From the NCBI RefSeq assembly GCF_001194135.2, contig NC_068986.1, positions 22,138,956-22,202,955 of the forward strand: DNA of 64,000 bases, in the 5' to 3' direction. The notes beneath the pieces were generated by a model. The model saw only the letters and a program-made list of their open reading frames with translations. It made no database searches and had not been told where the DNA came from. The translations under genes were made by a program, and so were the position numbers. Shown piece after piece: positions 12,698 through 26,157 of this stretch; position 1 is the first letter of the stretch; each line of letters begins with the position of its first letter. The DNA is from Octopus bimaculoides. Lineage: Eukaryota.

Positions 12698-14339
12698 AGA
12701 CCAAATTATATAACCTACAACTTCAGTATAAAATTTTGTATGCTGTGTGTGACTGGTTTGTTTTCAGCTTCTGAAAGCTTGTTCAGAAAAATCATTGGAA
12801 AAATTTGTCTCGTCACAATCCTTTTTGTAAAATCTAAAAGAGAAAGCTTTAGGGGTTGGGGAGAAAACATTGCCTTTTTATACACAGTCATTATAAACAA
12901 AACAGAATGTCAGAATTAGACTCAGTAAGGCTGGAGGGGCTTAACTATTTCATCATCATTTTTAAGTTTCACTTTACTAATAGAAATAAAATGCAAAATA
13001 AAAGTCAAGCTATGACTGAACATGGATTATCTAATCCAGAACCTGATTAGATAATTTGACATAAAAATATAATATTTTTAAGTAACTCAACTAGTTTGTT
13101 AGATGAGCTGTATTATTTAAGTACTTTCTTAATCATAAAACTGCACTGCTTAGCAGCAAATGTTCAATATAACTACCTAATACTTAACCACTGCAACAGC
13201 CTAAGAGGAAAATATAAAATATGGAAATAAATAAAAAAAAAGGTGATAAATCAATTGGAATCAAGTTATAATAGAATGTATGAAATAAATTAATTGAAAA
13301 GAAGAGCAGGGTTTTTAAAAAATGCCTATGCACAGAAATGTTTTCAGAATATTTCACATTTGAGTCATAAATCATAATTAACCCTTTCACATTAACAGTT
13401 TACACCATGTAATTTTGTCTGCCCTCGTTGAATGATGTAATTTAAAATTATTTAGTGCATTGCCTGATCACTTGTAAAGGATGCATTTTATGCTTGTGTT
13501 TGCAAGTATAATAATGATGCAAGCGGGTGTTTTTTTTCCTTCTCTTTTTCTTTCTGGAAATCATACATGCATTGTTACAAGTAATATAAACCTAATTAAA
13601 AGAACAAGAAAAAAAAGCTTAAGTTTGAATCAATGAAAGATTATATACTTTTGAAAAATAAAAATATCTTGTATTCTTTAATGCCCTACCCTTACACATA
13701 CATACATATATGCACACCCATAAACATCACACACTGAAAATTTATGTAATAGAAACACAATGGTTTAAATTAATATAGTGATTATTGCGGTTAGGACGAT
13801 TACTAGGAAAACAAATGCAAAACTGCGAAACAATCAGTTGTCTCGGTTACACACACACATACTCACACACAAAACCACTCCCACCATCACCTCCACCAGT
13901 TATTGTTTGCCCAAACTATTATTCATAACATTTTCTAGAAGTGTAATTCTTAAACGATAGCTTTTAACATCCCAGAATTTGATAGAGTTACCCTAAACTT
14001 GCAATAGATACATTAAATTCCATCTAAAATATGCTTTCGCTATTCAGGAATAAGAGATAGCAACTAAATAAAAGAGATAAGGATGCCTCTAAATCAACAC
14101 CTTGTGATAGAAAATGCGGATTGTGCCATTCCAGTGTGAAAGATATCAAATCGTCATCATCTGCCCCCAAAGTTTCTGCACAATGCTACCTTGCTATGAA
14201 GTATATTGTTACCAAATCTAATTACATTGCTATTCATAAGAATTGTCCTGATGGTTACCAAAGGCACACCAGAACAAGAAGATGGCCATAGCTTTAAAGA
14301 TAAGAAACAATGGTGGACCATTCCTATCATCATCATCAT

Positions 14340-14620
14340 TGTTTAACATCAGTTTTCCATGCTGGCATGGGTTGGACGGTTTGACCGGGGTCTGGGAAGC
14401 CAGGAGGATGTACCAGGCCCCAATCTGATCTGGCAGTGTTTCTACAGCTAGATGCCCTTCCTAACGCCAACCACTCCGAGAGTGTAGTGGGTGCTTTTTA
14501 TGTGCCACCAGCACGGAAACCAGTCAAAGCAGCACTGGCATCGGCCACGTTCGGATGGTGCTTTTTACATGCTACCAGCATGGGGCTCACAACTACAATT
14601 TCCATTTGATTTGATTTTGA
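14340..14620 (+). mobile_element. Interspersed repeat family C (ttttccatgctggcatgggttgg...gatgcccttcctaacgccaacc), SINE or LINE-tail-like. Other copies at ~9478-9635, 11375-11545(-), 16280-17060(-), 28205-28395(-), 29270-29470(-), 45940-46210, 47420-47620, 51545-51690
   Basis: The same sequence recurs with (ATC/GAT)n flanks; class not established. Confidence 0.8.
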
Positions 14621-15569
14621 TATTGCTGATGTTGATAAAAACAACAATCCAATACGAAAATATCTGATATTCTTTTCTCCTCTAAGCACGAGGCCCAAAA
14701 TTTTTGGGGAGGGGGCCAGTCAATTAGATCAACCCAGTATGCAACTGGTACTTAATTTATCGATCCTGAAAGGGTGAAAGGCAAAGTCAACCTTGGCAGA
14801 ATTTGAACTCAGAACGTAAAGACAGATGAAGTACTGCTCAGCATTTTGCCTGGCATATTAATGTTTCTGCCAGCTCACCGCCTTATAAAATATCTGATAT
14901 TGTTCTATGAGGCAAGAAACAAAAGTCATGCACCATTACAGAGGTTAGCTGGCCAGCAGATACATCTTGTTCTGGAACAAGAGAAAAATCTTTAGTGAAC
15001 TATTAGTCAGCCTGCTTAGGACTGTATTTAAAGAGTACAACCACTTAGTGAATGAAAGCATATTTATTACGAGGTTCCCTCACATTTTGCCTATTAACGA
15101 TTGGCAAAGAAATCTCTGGAGATTTTAGAAATATGTATGCAAAACACCAAAATTCAAGATGGCCAAGGCTTACGAAAAGCTTAAGCACTGTTCTCTAACC
15201 ATATGAGTCATGAGGAAATCTGATTGGTTAAAGAGACATTAAATTAGAGATCATGCTTCAAGTAATTTGAACTTGCATTCTTTCTATTCAAAACACGTTT
15301 TTAGTCTGATTCACTGTATGTGCAATACCGAGGTTATTTTTATACTACTTAAAAAAATATATTTCAAGACTAAATTTACATTTCATGTCCTTGTGCTATA
15401 TATGCCCAACTCCAACAAATGAGTCAGGTTGATTTGAGTTGTATTTGAAAGAACACGTGGCATAGAATTAAGATTTGAGAGTTTCCAAGTTGCTCCTGGA
15501 TAATGAAACACAAGATTGTTATTTTTCAGGTTTCACAGAAATTCCTCCTGTAAGAGGTTGAAACTCTCA

Positions 15570-15800
15570 AAACATTCCAACCTTTCTAACATGACTCTGA
15601 ACGCAAACCTAAACTGGAATTGCTGTATGATTTGCCATCAAGATGTTGCTGAACATTTGAAATGCCTCTTGCAGAGCCTTAGTTCAAGGGGTCACAAGAC
15701 AGATGCCTACACATCATATCTTAATGGGCAGTCTCAGGCAACTGGTGCTCTTTCAGTGCAACCTATTCAAGTAGTGCTGACAATGTTGACAAACTGGATT
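15570..15800 (+). mobile_element. Possible N-terminal fragment of a DNA-transposon protein (WxxCxICxQD...LKC motif)
   Basis: NWNCCMICHQDVAEHLKC...KTDAYTSYL in ORF 15516-16190 resembles, from memory, the Cys-rich N-termini of invertebrate transposon ORFs. Family not assigned. Confidence 0.35.
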
Positions 15801-16284
15801 TGTATTCTGCTTTTTAGCATAAACGTTGCTATTTTAAACACATTTGTGAGTACAGGTGAAAAGGATGAGGGAGGCTACAGTCCTAACATGTACCTCTACT
15901 CCATTCTTCCTCACTCACAGCAGGTCCCTCCATTCTCTCTTACATGCCTATCCATACACTCCATGTCCTCACATATCTACCATACCCCACTTCCAGCCAC
16001 TCTAATTTCTCATCACTTGAAACAGTCATGTATGTCTTCCCTATCTCTAAACATATCCTACCAACTCTTATGGAACATCCCCCCCTCTATCTCCTCTGTA
16101 TTACTTGCACTCTTCAACCAACTGCTCCCTGAGGGTAGGTCTCAATACATCTCCAACACCATTTATTTCTTTCTCTCTCACTCAGACTGACCCTCTACCA
16201 TACTCTAACCTCTTGCCCAGCACACAGTCACTTACTTCAGTTCCACTCCCTCTCTCTGTTCTGCAAGTTACTTGGCAAACCCAC

Positions 16285-16900
16285 TGCTGCTGGTACCACA
16301 TAAAAAGCACCTGTGATTGTCCCATGTAAAAAGTACCTGTGCTGGTACCACACGAAAAGCCCCTGTACTAGAGCCACATGAAAACCCACCTGTGCTGGTG
16401 CTACATGAAAAGCACCTGTGCTGGTACCACATAAAAAGCACCTGTGCTGGTACCACATAAAAAGCACTTGTGCTGGTACCACATAAAAAGCACCTATGCT
16501 GGTATCATATACATAGCTCCTATGCTGGTGCCACATAAAATCCACCTGTGCTGGTGCCACATGAAAAGCACCTGTGCTGGTGCCACATGAAAAGCACCTG
16601 TGCTGGTACCACATGAAAAGCACCTGTGCTGGTACCACATAAAAAGCACCTGTGCTGGTACCACATAAAAAGCACCTATGCTGGTATCATATACATAGCT
16701 CCTATGCTGGTGCCACATAAAATCCACCTGTGCTGGTGCCACATGTAAAGCACATGTGCTGGTAACACATGAAAAGCACCTGTACTGGTGCCACATGAAA
16801 AGCACCTGTGCTGGTACCACATAAAAAGCCCCTATACTGGAACCACTTAAAAAGCACTTGTGCTGGTGTCACATAAAGAAAGTCCTTATGCCGGTCCCAG
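16285..16900. repeat. 26-bp tandem array (cacctgtgctggtaccacataaaaag)n, about 23 units, inside an interspersed repeat
   Basis: Unit read directly from the sequence; it explains the repetitive ORFs at 16237-16820. Confidence 0.95.
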
Positions 16901-17442
16901 ATAAAAAAAAAAACATCCAGTACACTCTATAAAGTGGTTGACGTTAGGAAGGACATTGAGCTGTAGAAACTATGCCAAAACAGACAATTGGAACCTGATG
17001 CTGCTCTCCTGTCAAATCACCCAACCCATGTTACCATGGAAAACAGATATTAAATGATGATGATGATGATCACACACACACACACAAACAAATATGCTGC
17101 AGTTCTGATGTTTCACAAGTCATGCTCTGAACTAATTTGAATTTAAACATGTGTTTCCGTCATACCAAAATATTTATACTCAATTCTATCTGTCACATTC
17201 CATTACACGCATTCTTATCTGTCCTGTGCCACTGCTGCCATTCACTGTAACACTTACCATATGAATCACACAGTCAGTTTATTATATACAATATATAAGT
17301 AAACTTATCATCTGCATATATTGACATTCCTGAAATACATTTAGCAAACACAAATTCTAGCACCACATGGTCTTATGTAACAGTGAATTTATATATATAT
17401 ATATATATACATACACACACACACACACATACATATATATAT

Positions 17443-17820
17443 ACTCTTTTACTCGTTTCAGTCATTTGACTGTGGCCATACTGGAGCACTGCCTTAAAGG
17501 GTCTTAGTCAGAGAAATCAATGCCAGGACTTATTCTTTGTAAGCCTAGCACTTATTCCATTGGTCTCTTTTGCCAAGCTACTAAGTTACGGTGCCACCAG
17601 CATAAGTTGTCGAGCAATGGTAAGGAAACAAACACAGACGCACACACACATGCATATGTACAACAGGCTTCTTTCAGTTTCCGCCTACCAAATCCACTCA
17701 GAAGGCTTTGGTTGACCCGAGGATATAGTAGCAGACACTTGCTCAAGGTGGCACACAGTGGGACTGAACCCAGAACCATGTAGTTGGGAAGCAAACTTCT
17801 TACCACACAGCTATGCCTGC
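17443..17820 (-). mobile_element. SINE family A copy (reverse)
   Basis: Reverse complement of family A. Confidence 0.9.
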
Positions 17821-17879
17821 ACCTATTTACACCAGTTTAGCATCTACTTGACTATTCCAAGGATAGTAAAATCCCAAGG

Positions 17880-18009
17880 CATGGCTGTTGCCAAGATGTT
17901 TGTTTCGCAACTATTGCATGGCATCTTGATAGAGTGTCTTCTACTATATAGCTCTAATCTTACCAAAGTTTTGTGAGTGGATTTGATAACAGGAAACTGA
18001 ATGAAGTCC

Positions 18010-18099
<90 letters not shown>

Positions 18100-18297
18100 T
18101 CCCTACCCACCGCTACTTGACTACTGTGTTGGTTTATGTCCCCATAACTTAGGAGTTTGGCAAAAGAGACTGACAGAGTAAGTACCAGACTTTAAAAAAA
18201 AATTAAGTTGTGGAGTCAATTTGTCCAACTAAAAATAAAACTCTCTAAGACAGTGCTCCAGCATGGCCACAGTCTTATGAATGAAACAAGTAAAAAA
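17880..18297 (+). mobile_element. SINE family A copy with an expanded (TG)n
   Basis: Family A body and tail; internal (TG)n at ~18012-18095. Confidence 0.82.
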
Positions 18298-19118
18298 AGA
18301 TACCTTAAAACTTACACAAAATTTTTGAAGATAAGCTAGCTCTGTATATGAAACTGAGGTTGTACATGCAGTTGAAGAACATTCTTCTTAAATTCAGAAA
18401 TCAACTAAATTTAATGGGGAAGCACAGAATCGTGTTTTGCTTTATATTTATTACAATAAACATAACTATTTCTCACATAAAATTCTCCAAACACAGTTTT
18501 ATCTATTTTAATATGTAAACAGACAATTAATGTTACTTTAAAAGCTTTTTAATAATTTGATATCATTTCCATAATTTGCCTCTTAAAACTATATTCCACA
18601 AATTAAAACACATCCAGAATTAATGCAATTTGTAATTTGATTTCTCCACTTGATGATGACGAGGATGTGTGTATACTTATTTCAATACAAAGAAACTATT
18701 TTAATTAGAGTTATAACATACTTAAATTTCTAATTTCATCTTAATCACAAATATCCTGAGATATTAATTAGCATTAGTTTCCAAAATTTTCACCCATCAT
18801 TTGAATATTAGCATACTCTATTTTGCCTTCACCCACCACACCCTCTCAACATTTTTTCCTTCTACATGAATGTGTTCAAAATTTATTTCATTCCCAGATC
18901 TACATTCTCGAATTTCTTTCACCTTTTATGGATGTAATACTTCACTTTATTCAGGTTTAGTCATATATATACATATGTTTTGTCTATTATCTCCTTAAAA
19001 TGATATGTATATTAAGACTATAGTCGTGTTTGCGGAAGAAAAGCATGAGCTCCAGCCAACAGCTGATGAAGGAAATGCCCTGCAGTGCAAACTCTATGTA
19101 GAATATATACACATGCAC

Positions 19119-19156
<38 letters not shown>

Positions 19157-19345
19157 GTTTGTGTGTGTACATATATGTGTGTGTAAACTCCTCCCCCCGC
19201 GCAACACTCAAAGAGAAACCAAAACTATTTCAAAAGAACTCTGATACAAAAAAAACAAAAANNNNNNNNNNNNNNNNNNNNNNNNNNNNNNNNNNNNNNN
19301 NNNNNNNNNNNNNNNNNNNNNNNNNNNNNNNNNNNNNNNNNNNNN

Positions 19346-19397
<52 letters not shown>

Positions 19398-21609
19398 TGG
19401 AAAATAGAAAGTCGATAATGCACTAAAAGTTTTCTTTTTTTAATCTAATTTTGGAATGTAGCACTATTAAATGCTTTAGCATAATTCCAATATACAATAC
19501 ATAACAAAACAGTCATAATTCTGTGCTTATCAGTTTCATCTATAATTGAGTATTTTTCAAGGTTTACTAAGTATTTTTATCTAATCTCATTAAAAAAAAA
19601 ATATTTTTCAATAATTTCAAAACCAATATAAAATAATAAAACAAGAATAATCCCCATAATCCCCATGTTGTCTCTATAGTGGCCTTGCACTCCAAAGAAG
19701 AGTAACCCAACACCATCAACAAATAAGGTAGTTGCACACAAAGGGAATTCCTGTCTCAATATACTGATAATTGCAGAAGACAAACTCTGCCAAATTTTTA
19801 CTATTTTCCCCCTTCTTTATCAATGGAGCAATAACGAATAAACATAGAAATGCAATTAAGCAACTAGTATGAACCAAAATTAAATGCATTGTTTTAATTG
19901 ACATAACTTAATCGTGTCCTTTAATAAATTTTTGGCTTAACCTGAAGCAGTAGAAGACACTTAACAAAGGCGTTGCACACTAATTGAACCTAGAGTCACA
20001 TGATTGTAAAGTAAACTGCTTAACCACACAGCCACTCATGTGCAGGCATTTGTTGTTCATTATTTTTATCAGTAATGTATCAGTCCCTCACATGTTGTTA
20101 ATTTGCATTGTTGCTATCAAGATTCAACCAAGTCTATTTATACCAGAGAAAATCATTCTACCCTTTCTACCACTCACTTATCTCTTTACCAAACATAAAG
20201 AAAACACTCTCTCAAATTAGGATCAGCTGCATCCTTTCTTGCTCTGAAACTATCTTATTTTTACCATTCACCAATGAGAACCCAACTTCCTCTCCTACTT
20301 TCATTTGCATCTGTGCCAAATCTGTGCAACATATTTTCTATTTCCACTTTGTAATTTTCCTAATCATTATTGTTATCTTGTTTGGCTCTAATGCCAGCCT
20401 CACAGGACACTATGGATCTACTCAGAATACCATAACATCCTACTATCTCAAAGATGGAAAGACATACAGAACAACATAGTCTTAAATAGACAATAAGGCA
20501 AGGTGCATAGCTGCAACACCTCTGATTATAGATCTGCTTGATCAAGGCTTATCTGGGATTAAATTACAAGAGCAACAACTGACAGCAAGATTGTGCATAT
20601 CCACATTAATGTGCATTCCCTGTGCCTCAAATGCATTTTTAATGCATACCTGCTATATTACATATTACCTTCCTATAGTGAATTAAAAAATAAAAACTCT
20701 TACACTCTCTCTCACATGCACACACAGACATATATGCACACAGATGAAAAGAATTACAAGTGCATCTAGTTGAAACCAATTAAAAGTGAGTTAATTATTT
20801 TATTCGAAAATCAGTTTGTTTCAAAATGATTTGTGTTCAATTAGTTGCAACCATCTTCAACCTTGATATTTAATTTGATAATCCTAACATACAGGTAAGA
20901 GATGAACTATGCACTAAAACTATACTTCATCTACTACTACTACTACTACTACTACTACAAGCTTCTCCAGGTTCACACGAGTTCAGTGGTTCCAAAAACT
21001 TGCAATGAATTAAATGGAGCAATGATATTTTATTCCCTCCTAACACTTGAAATTCAAATATGAAAAATATTTTGTCGACCAAGGCAGACAGGTCCACCAG
21101 AGATTGGAAAACCCCCAGAGTTTGTGGAAAACCCCCAGAGTTTGTAGAAACCCCGAGGGCTTTAACATGTGTAAGGAGTGTACAGCAAGAGATTGTTTTC
21201 ATTGATATGCATGTAGTGATTATAATCTTGGAAGCCATATCTCAACTGGAGAATGTGTTTGAAGTTTCTGCTTGTGGAAGTAGTACATCTCTGAAATAAG
21301 ATACCTAGTTTACATGTTGAGGATGCCTACGTGAAGAGGGTTAAGGAGGAGTGGAGTAGAAGGGAAGGGGGGGGAGGGGAGTCTTATCTGTGTTGGAGAG
21401 TGTATAAATAAAAGAAAAGTAAGTCATTAATGGAGAAAGAGAAAAGTAGCAGAGATATAACCAAACCTTGGGATAACAAAAAGTTGGTTTAATTGGGGTC
21501 CTGATAGACATGCTTCTTTTTAGCTTTATTTTTCTTGAGCCCTTGGATGCATAAGGCTAGAACTGACAAGAAGCTCCTTAGTTATCTTAGCTAAGGTGCT
21601 ATCTTATCT

Positions 21610-21960
21610 CTTACTTGTTTCAGTCATTAGACTGTGGCCATGCTGGGGCACAAACTTCAATAATCTTAGTTGAACAAATCAACTCCAGTACTTTTTTTTT
21701 TGTAAAGCCTGGTACCTATTTTATCGGTCTCTTTTGTTGAACTGCTAAGTTAACCACTAAGTTATGGGGACATAAACACACCAACATCGGTTGTCAAGTG
21801 TTGGGGGACAAACAAACACACACACGATGGGCTTCTTTCAGTTCACACCTACCAAATCCACTCACAAGGCTTTGGTCAGCACAAGGCTATAGTAGAAGCC
21901 ACTTGCCCAAGGTGTCATATTGTAAAACTGAACTGTGTGGTTAGGAAGCAAACTTCTTGA
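21610..21960 (-). mobile_element. SINE family A copy (reverse)
   Basis: Reverse complement of family A. Confidence 0.85.
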
Positions 21961-22295
21961 AGTAAGGCAAGCATTGAGTGCTTTGCTAAAGCTCTAAAAA
22001 GCCAAGGACCACTCATGTGTGTTCTGGAGAGTAAGTCTCTAATAGATTTGATTCTACAGAAGATGTAAGGAAGAGGGAAAGATGAGAGAAATGAAAGAGA
22101 GAGAGAGAGAAAGAGAGAGAGAAAAAGAGAGCACGAGCGAAAAGACTAAATGAATGATAGCAGTCAAACAATATATAATGAAATAAAAATTGAGGATGTT
22201 GTGTGCTAGATTCTTTTGTTTATATCATTTGTTATGTGTGTGTGTGTGTGTGGGTGTGTGTGTGTGTGTGTGTGTGTTATTAAAATAGTACTTAC

Positions 22296-22356
22296 CATAA
22301 TTGAAGTTTCACTCTTTTCCCATCAAGTAAAATTGTGGTTGTCTTTGAATGGACAC
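22296..22356 (-). CDS. RAB40: Rab40 coding exon 2: (G)VHSKTTTILLDGKRVKLQL(W)
   Basis: Acceptor TTTCATATAG, donor TG|GTAAGT, 61 nt. Phases match exons 1 and 3. KTTTILLDG.RVKL.LW is the Rab40 motif. Confidence 0.95.
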
Positions 22357-24839
22357 CTATATGAAATAACAATAATAAAAAAAAGAGTTTAACAAAGTAT
22401 AACAATAAAGGCCATTTAGGTTTGTTCCATTTTTTTCTACACATTGTAAGTAGACATTTTTGCATATTATATCTTTGATTAAAAAAAGTAATATGATGAA
22501 AAAGATAGAAAAAAAAAATGCATTATATTAAGAAGAATTGATTTAACACATATCTCATACATACACACAGAGATATATATACCAATGCTGACATAAATGG
22601 AATGAATGCCTGACCTCAATGGTTAGAAATCATGCAAAGCAGCCATGTAGAAAGATTTACCAGCAACTATCCTATCTCTTCAGCTTTTGATATTTTTTTT
22701 TTTATATTTGTGTTTCTATACATCATGAGTGGAATCTTTGTTTTTTCTATTATTTGTTGAGCAATTGCATTTTATTCTGCATTTGAGGGAATCTCTATGT
22801 AATCAATCTGCTTGTTAAAAATAGCAGCTAAATCTCACTTGTCAAAACTCTTCTCTCTTAAAAACAAAGGCATAGTGTGTACAGCCCAAAAAAGACTGAA
22901 TGATCATGGTTGGAATACCACTGATTATCAGCTTGCTTGATCAGTTTAATGATCAAAGGTTTGATCTACTTTCTGTATGCGGCAGACAGAGGCTATTACT
23001 TATCACTATCCCTAAAGAGTAACTATAAAAAATTTAAAAAACAACTATGTTATCCACTACTACTAGAAAAAATATTAAAGGGACTGATGTAATGACACTA
23101 TATTAATGACAGTAAAGAAATACATTTCATTCTGAATCGAGAACTAGATATATGAAGTTCTTCATTGCTCTTATTGACTACAATCAAACACTGTACATTA
23201 GGCTTTGCCATCATCCTAACCAAGCAATGAAGAAACGCATACAAATATTGAAAATAAGTTGTCAAAACCACAATGATATCTGTTAGGCAGCTGATGATGG
23301 AAGCATATGTTTGACGTGCTTGTTACTTGTGAATCTTTTATATTGTGTGTTTTCACTGTTGTAAGCTGTCTTTCATTCTTGTCAGGTTGAACTTGTCAAA
23401 GAATTCTTGGTTTCTATGGGGGTTTTGTTGTTTATACTATACCATACATTGATATTGTGTTATTGTCCTTCATTGGGATTCTAATTATGGCTAGAGTATA
23501 ACTTATTTAAGGGTTTCTAGTTTAGGAAGGTTTTGTTGCATATAAACTGGTAGTTCATAAAGACCTTGCTGCTATACTTTCAAAGTCTGGAAGGGAAGGA
23601 CAGTACACATAGCATCTTCTATAGCCCCTTCTAAAAGACTTAACTGAGTCCACTTATCAACTTGTGCCATTTCAGAAGTGAATACAAAATGTAAAACTGT
23701 TGACTCTTAAAATCCTTTACTGCAAGAAACAAAAGTCTAGCCTTATTTTAGAAGGACTGAAGCACTATGTGTGTTCATTTTCACATTTTTTTTTTCCTGA
23801 ATTTCTTCAGATTCTTTTCTTCCATTGATTTTCAAGCATTATGGCTGTTAATACTTCAAGTGGTGACTTAGAATTTAGTGATTATATATTATTTATTTAT
23901 TAATAATCTAATTAGAGAAAGAGTGTTTGAACTTGGATAAAAAAGAGTGATATTTCAGTGACATCTATTAACACCAGCTATTAAAGTGATATTGGGATTT
24001 ATCGATTGAGAAGGAGTGGTGTTATTATGTAGCTGATAAAGCATCAATGCTTTCATTAGTGAGTTGTAAGAATAAACAACCGTCCCCTTACAAAAAAAAA
24101 ATACTGATATATCTTAAATGTAGTGTCTCTGCATACTGAGATTATCAGAAGATCATAATTTGTTGGGTCTTACAAAATTTTTGAAGGCATATCTTGGAAT
24201 ACTTTTTTGAATAGGAGTAGTGCAACTTCCAAGTTACAGAGACCAATTCCAAGCTATAGCACAAATTCAGCCCAGAGACAAGAAATTGATGCACAGGAAT
24301 CAATATCTTGTAAGTATATATGAAAATACAAAAAAAATAAACTTAACTGTATTCAACCTATTTTGGAAAGCGAAAGTGACATAACAACAGGTAAAGGCCA
24401 CATTCACAATGTACACCAAAAGTTATTGTATTGTATCCACAAATTTCATCCAAACTCAAGCAATAGTTTATATTCTTATGATTTTTATACAACTTACTGA
24501 TTTCATCAAAATCTCTAGTATCTACCAGAAATGGGAGATATGTATGTAGAGAGAGAAAGCACTACAGAACTGTAAGAGTTACGGTAAATCAAATCAAAAC
24601 AAAAGGTTATAAAAATGATCATAATCTGTGGCCACTGCTGCCACAAAAAATTTCAGGGTAAAGCTCCAGAACTTGCATGAAATATATTGTAAAATTTCTT
24701 GCATCCTGGATGAAACAAAAAAATTTGAAAATTATTTTGAATCCTAATTGTGTAGGATGACAAAAGTGCACCTGCTGTAAAACTAACATTGTAGAAATAA
24801 CATAATCAGTTTAATTGATAAATTTGATGCTATTTAATG

Positions 24840-25300
24840 AAAACTGGAAAATTATCTTATTTCTTCTGGAAACCAGTGACACAAAAGAGGAGACATTACA
24901 TAGAATGGCCAATAGTGGAGTCTGTAAAACTAACCTACATCTCAAAACACTGGAAATCACAAAGAAGACAGAAACAATGCTTGATAACTTTAAAATTGGT
25001 GTTAGGTGGTTATGTGAGTATCATATGGAGAAACATAAACTGCCAGTTGCTAAGCTTGCTTAGCACAAAACTGCTGGCAAATTCAAAATTTGCTAGCAGT
25101 TTTGTGCAGAGTTACAGGAATTTCAGCATTTTATCATTGAATGATGGGAGGCCATGGAGTACAACCTGTCAAATATTGAATATGCAGATCACACCCTTCC
25201 AACTTTTGACAACCCCTTCACACAAACATTTGAATTCAAGGGTCAAAAGACAGTCCAAGACCACCAGCAATGAAAGGAACTGTTTTACAGTAATATAACT
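24840..25300 (+). mobile_element. Degenerate pogo/Tigger-like transposase (CENP-B HTH to the start of the DDE domain)
   Basis: Frame-shifted pieces DNFKIGVRWLCEYHMEKHKL, ELQEFQHFIIE*...YNLSNIEYADHTLPTFDNPFTQTFEFKGQKTV and KTTSNERNCFTVI parallel the pogo consensus FKASxGW..RH.L / IGNADxTP..FD.P...KG.KTV / TTGNEK..FTV. Confidence 0.72.
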
Positions 25301-26157
25301 CACATGGGCAATTACTTATTTCAACATGGACATTTAAAAAAAAAAACAAAAAAACATCTAACTTATTTATTATGTATTTTTCTTTAAAAAAAAACCCCAA
25401 ACAATCTTTGGAGTTTATGTTTTGAACATCAGACATTCAGGATGTGAGGAAAATTTTCTCTTGAAAAAATCTTAAATTATTTTATTTATTTAGTTTTTAA
25501 ATCAGAATCTTTACAAAGTGAAAGAGCATTTAAAATTTCCAGAATATAAAAATAAAAATTTTTGAAAAGCATTTTATATTTTCAGAAAGTAAAGAAATAT
25601 GCAATTTCGAGGAACATAAATTGTGTTGACACTGTATATAGCATCTATTTATAATATAAATTCTTGTGCAGATAAAAAAAAAAACTGTTTCATTGCTACC
25701 AATATCGGTTTTATTTTCTTGTTACTTCATGTCAACCACAGTGAGCAAAATTTTACTGCATTGAGTTGAACATAGATCAATACGATCTCTGATGTGAGCA
25801 GCCATGCTTGGTGACAATTGTAAACATCATGTGCACAAGCAACATAAAATTTATATCTTTATTGCATATTTATGAATCATAATGACCATTATCACTATGA
25901 TAGATAAACCTAACATAATTACAACGACTCCTTGTTACACATTAGCTACCTTGGACAGTGGTTATATCATACTTCCAGTCATGCAATCACAAATTTGACT
26001 ATGGACTGGGGCCAGGAAAAATTAATAATATTTAGTTCTCTTTTATATTACAGACTCCTAATTTGTAGGTTTGAAAATTGAGGAAATAGACTAATAAATA
26101 CTGCAGATAAAACAGAGTACCCAAAATGAGAGGACCAGGTACACTGAAACTCTAAGC

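Noticed and set aside
8848-12919. Long ORFs containing X runs (also at 4332, 19159, 44891-45337, 46631-47019, 59375-59920)
   Set aside because: They are open only because of N gaps and simple repeats.
15516-16190. 224-aa ORF as a nested gene
   Set aside because: It is a composite of a short transposon-like fragment and a stop-poor pyrimidine-rich repeat tail.
16237-16820. Repetitive ORFs (MWYQHRCF... repeats) as proteins
   Set aside because: They are translations of the 26-bp DNA array in several frames.
16285-16900. CRISPR-like appearance of the 26-bp array
   Set aside because: Units are contiguous with no unique spacers, there are no cas genes, and the context is a eukaryotic intron.
23180-23330. 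Faint PLE-like peptide (HHPNQAMKKRI) and a CTGATGA motif
   Set aside because: Too degenerate; no GAAA partner or stems were found.
24837-25298. Passing resemblance of the ORF (..DGRPW..) to tubulin-tyrosine-ligase-like enzymes
   Set aside because: The adjacent frames match the pogo transposase motif order much better, and there are no splice signals.
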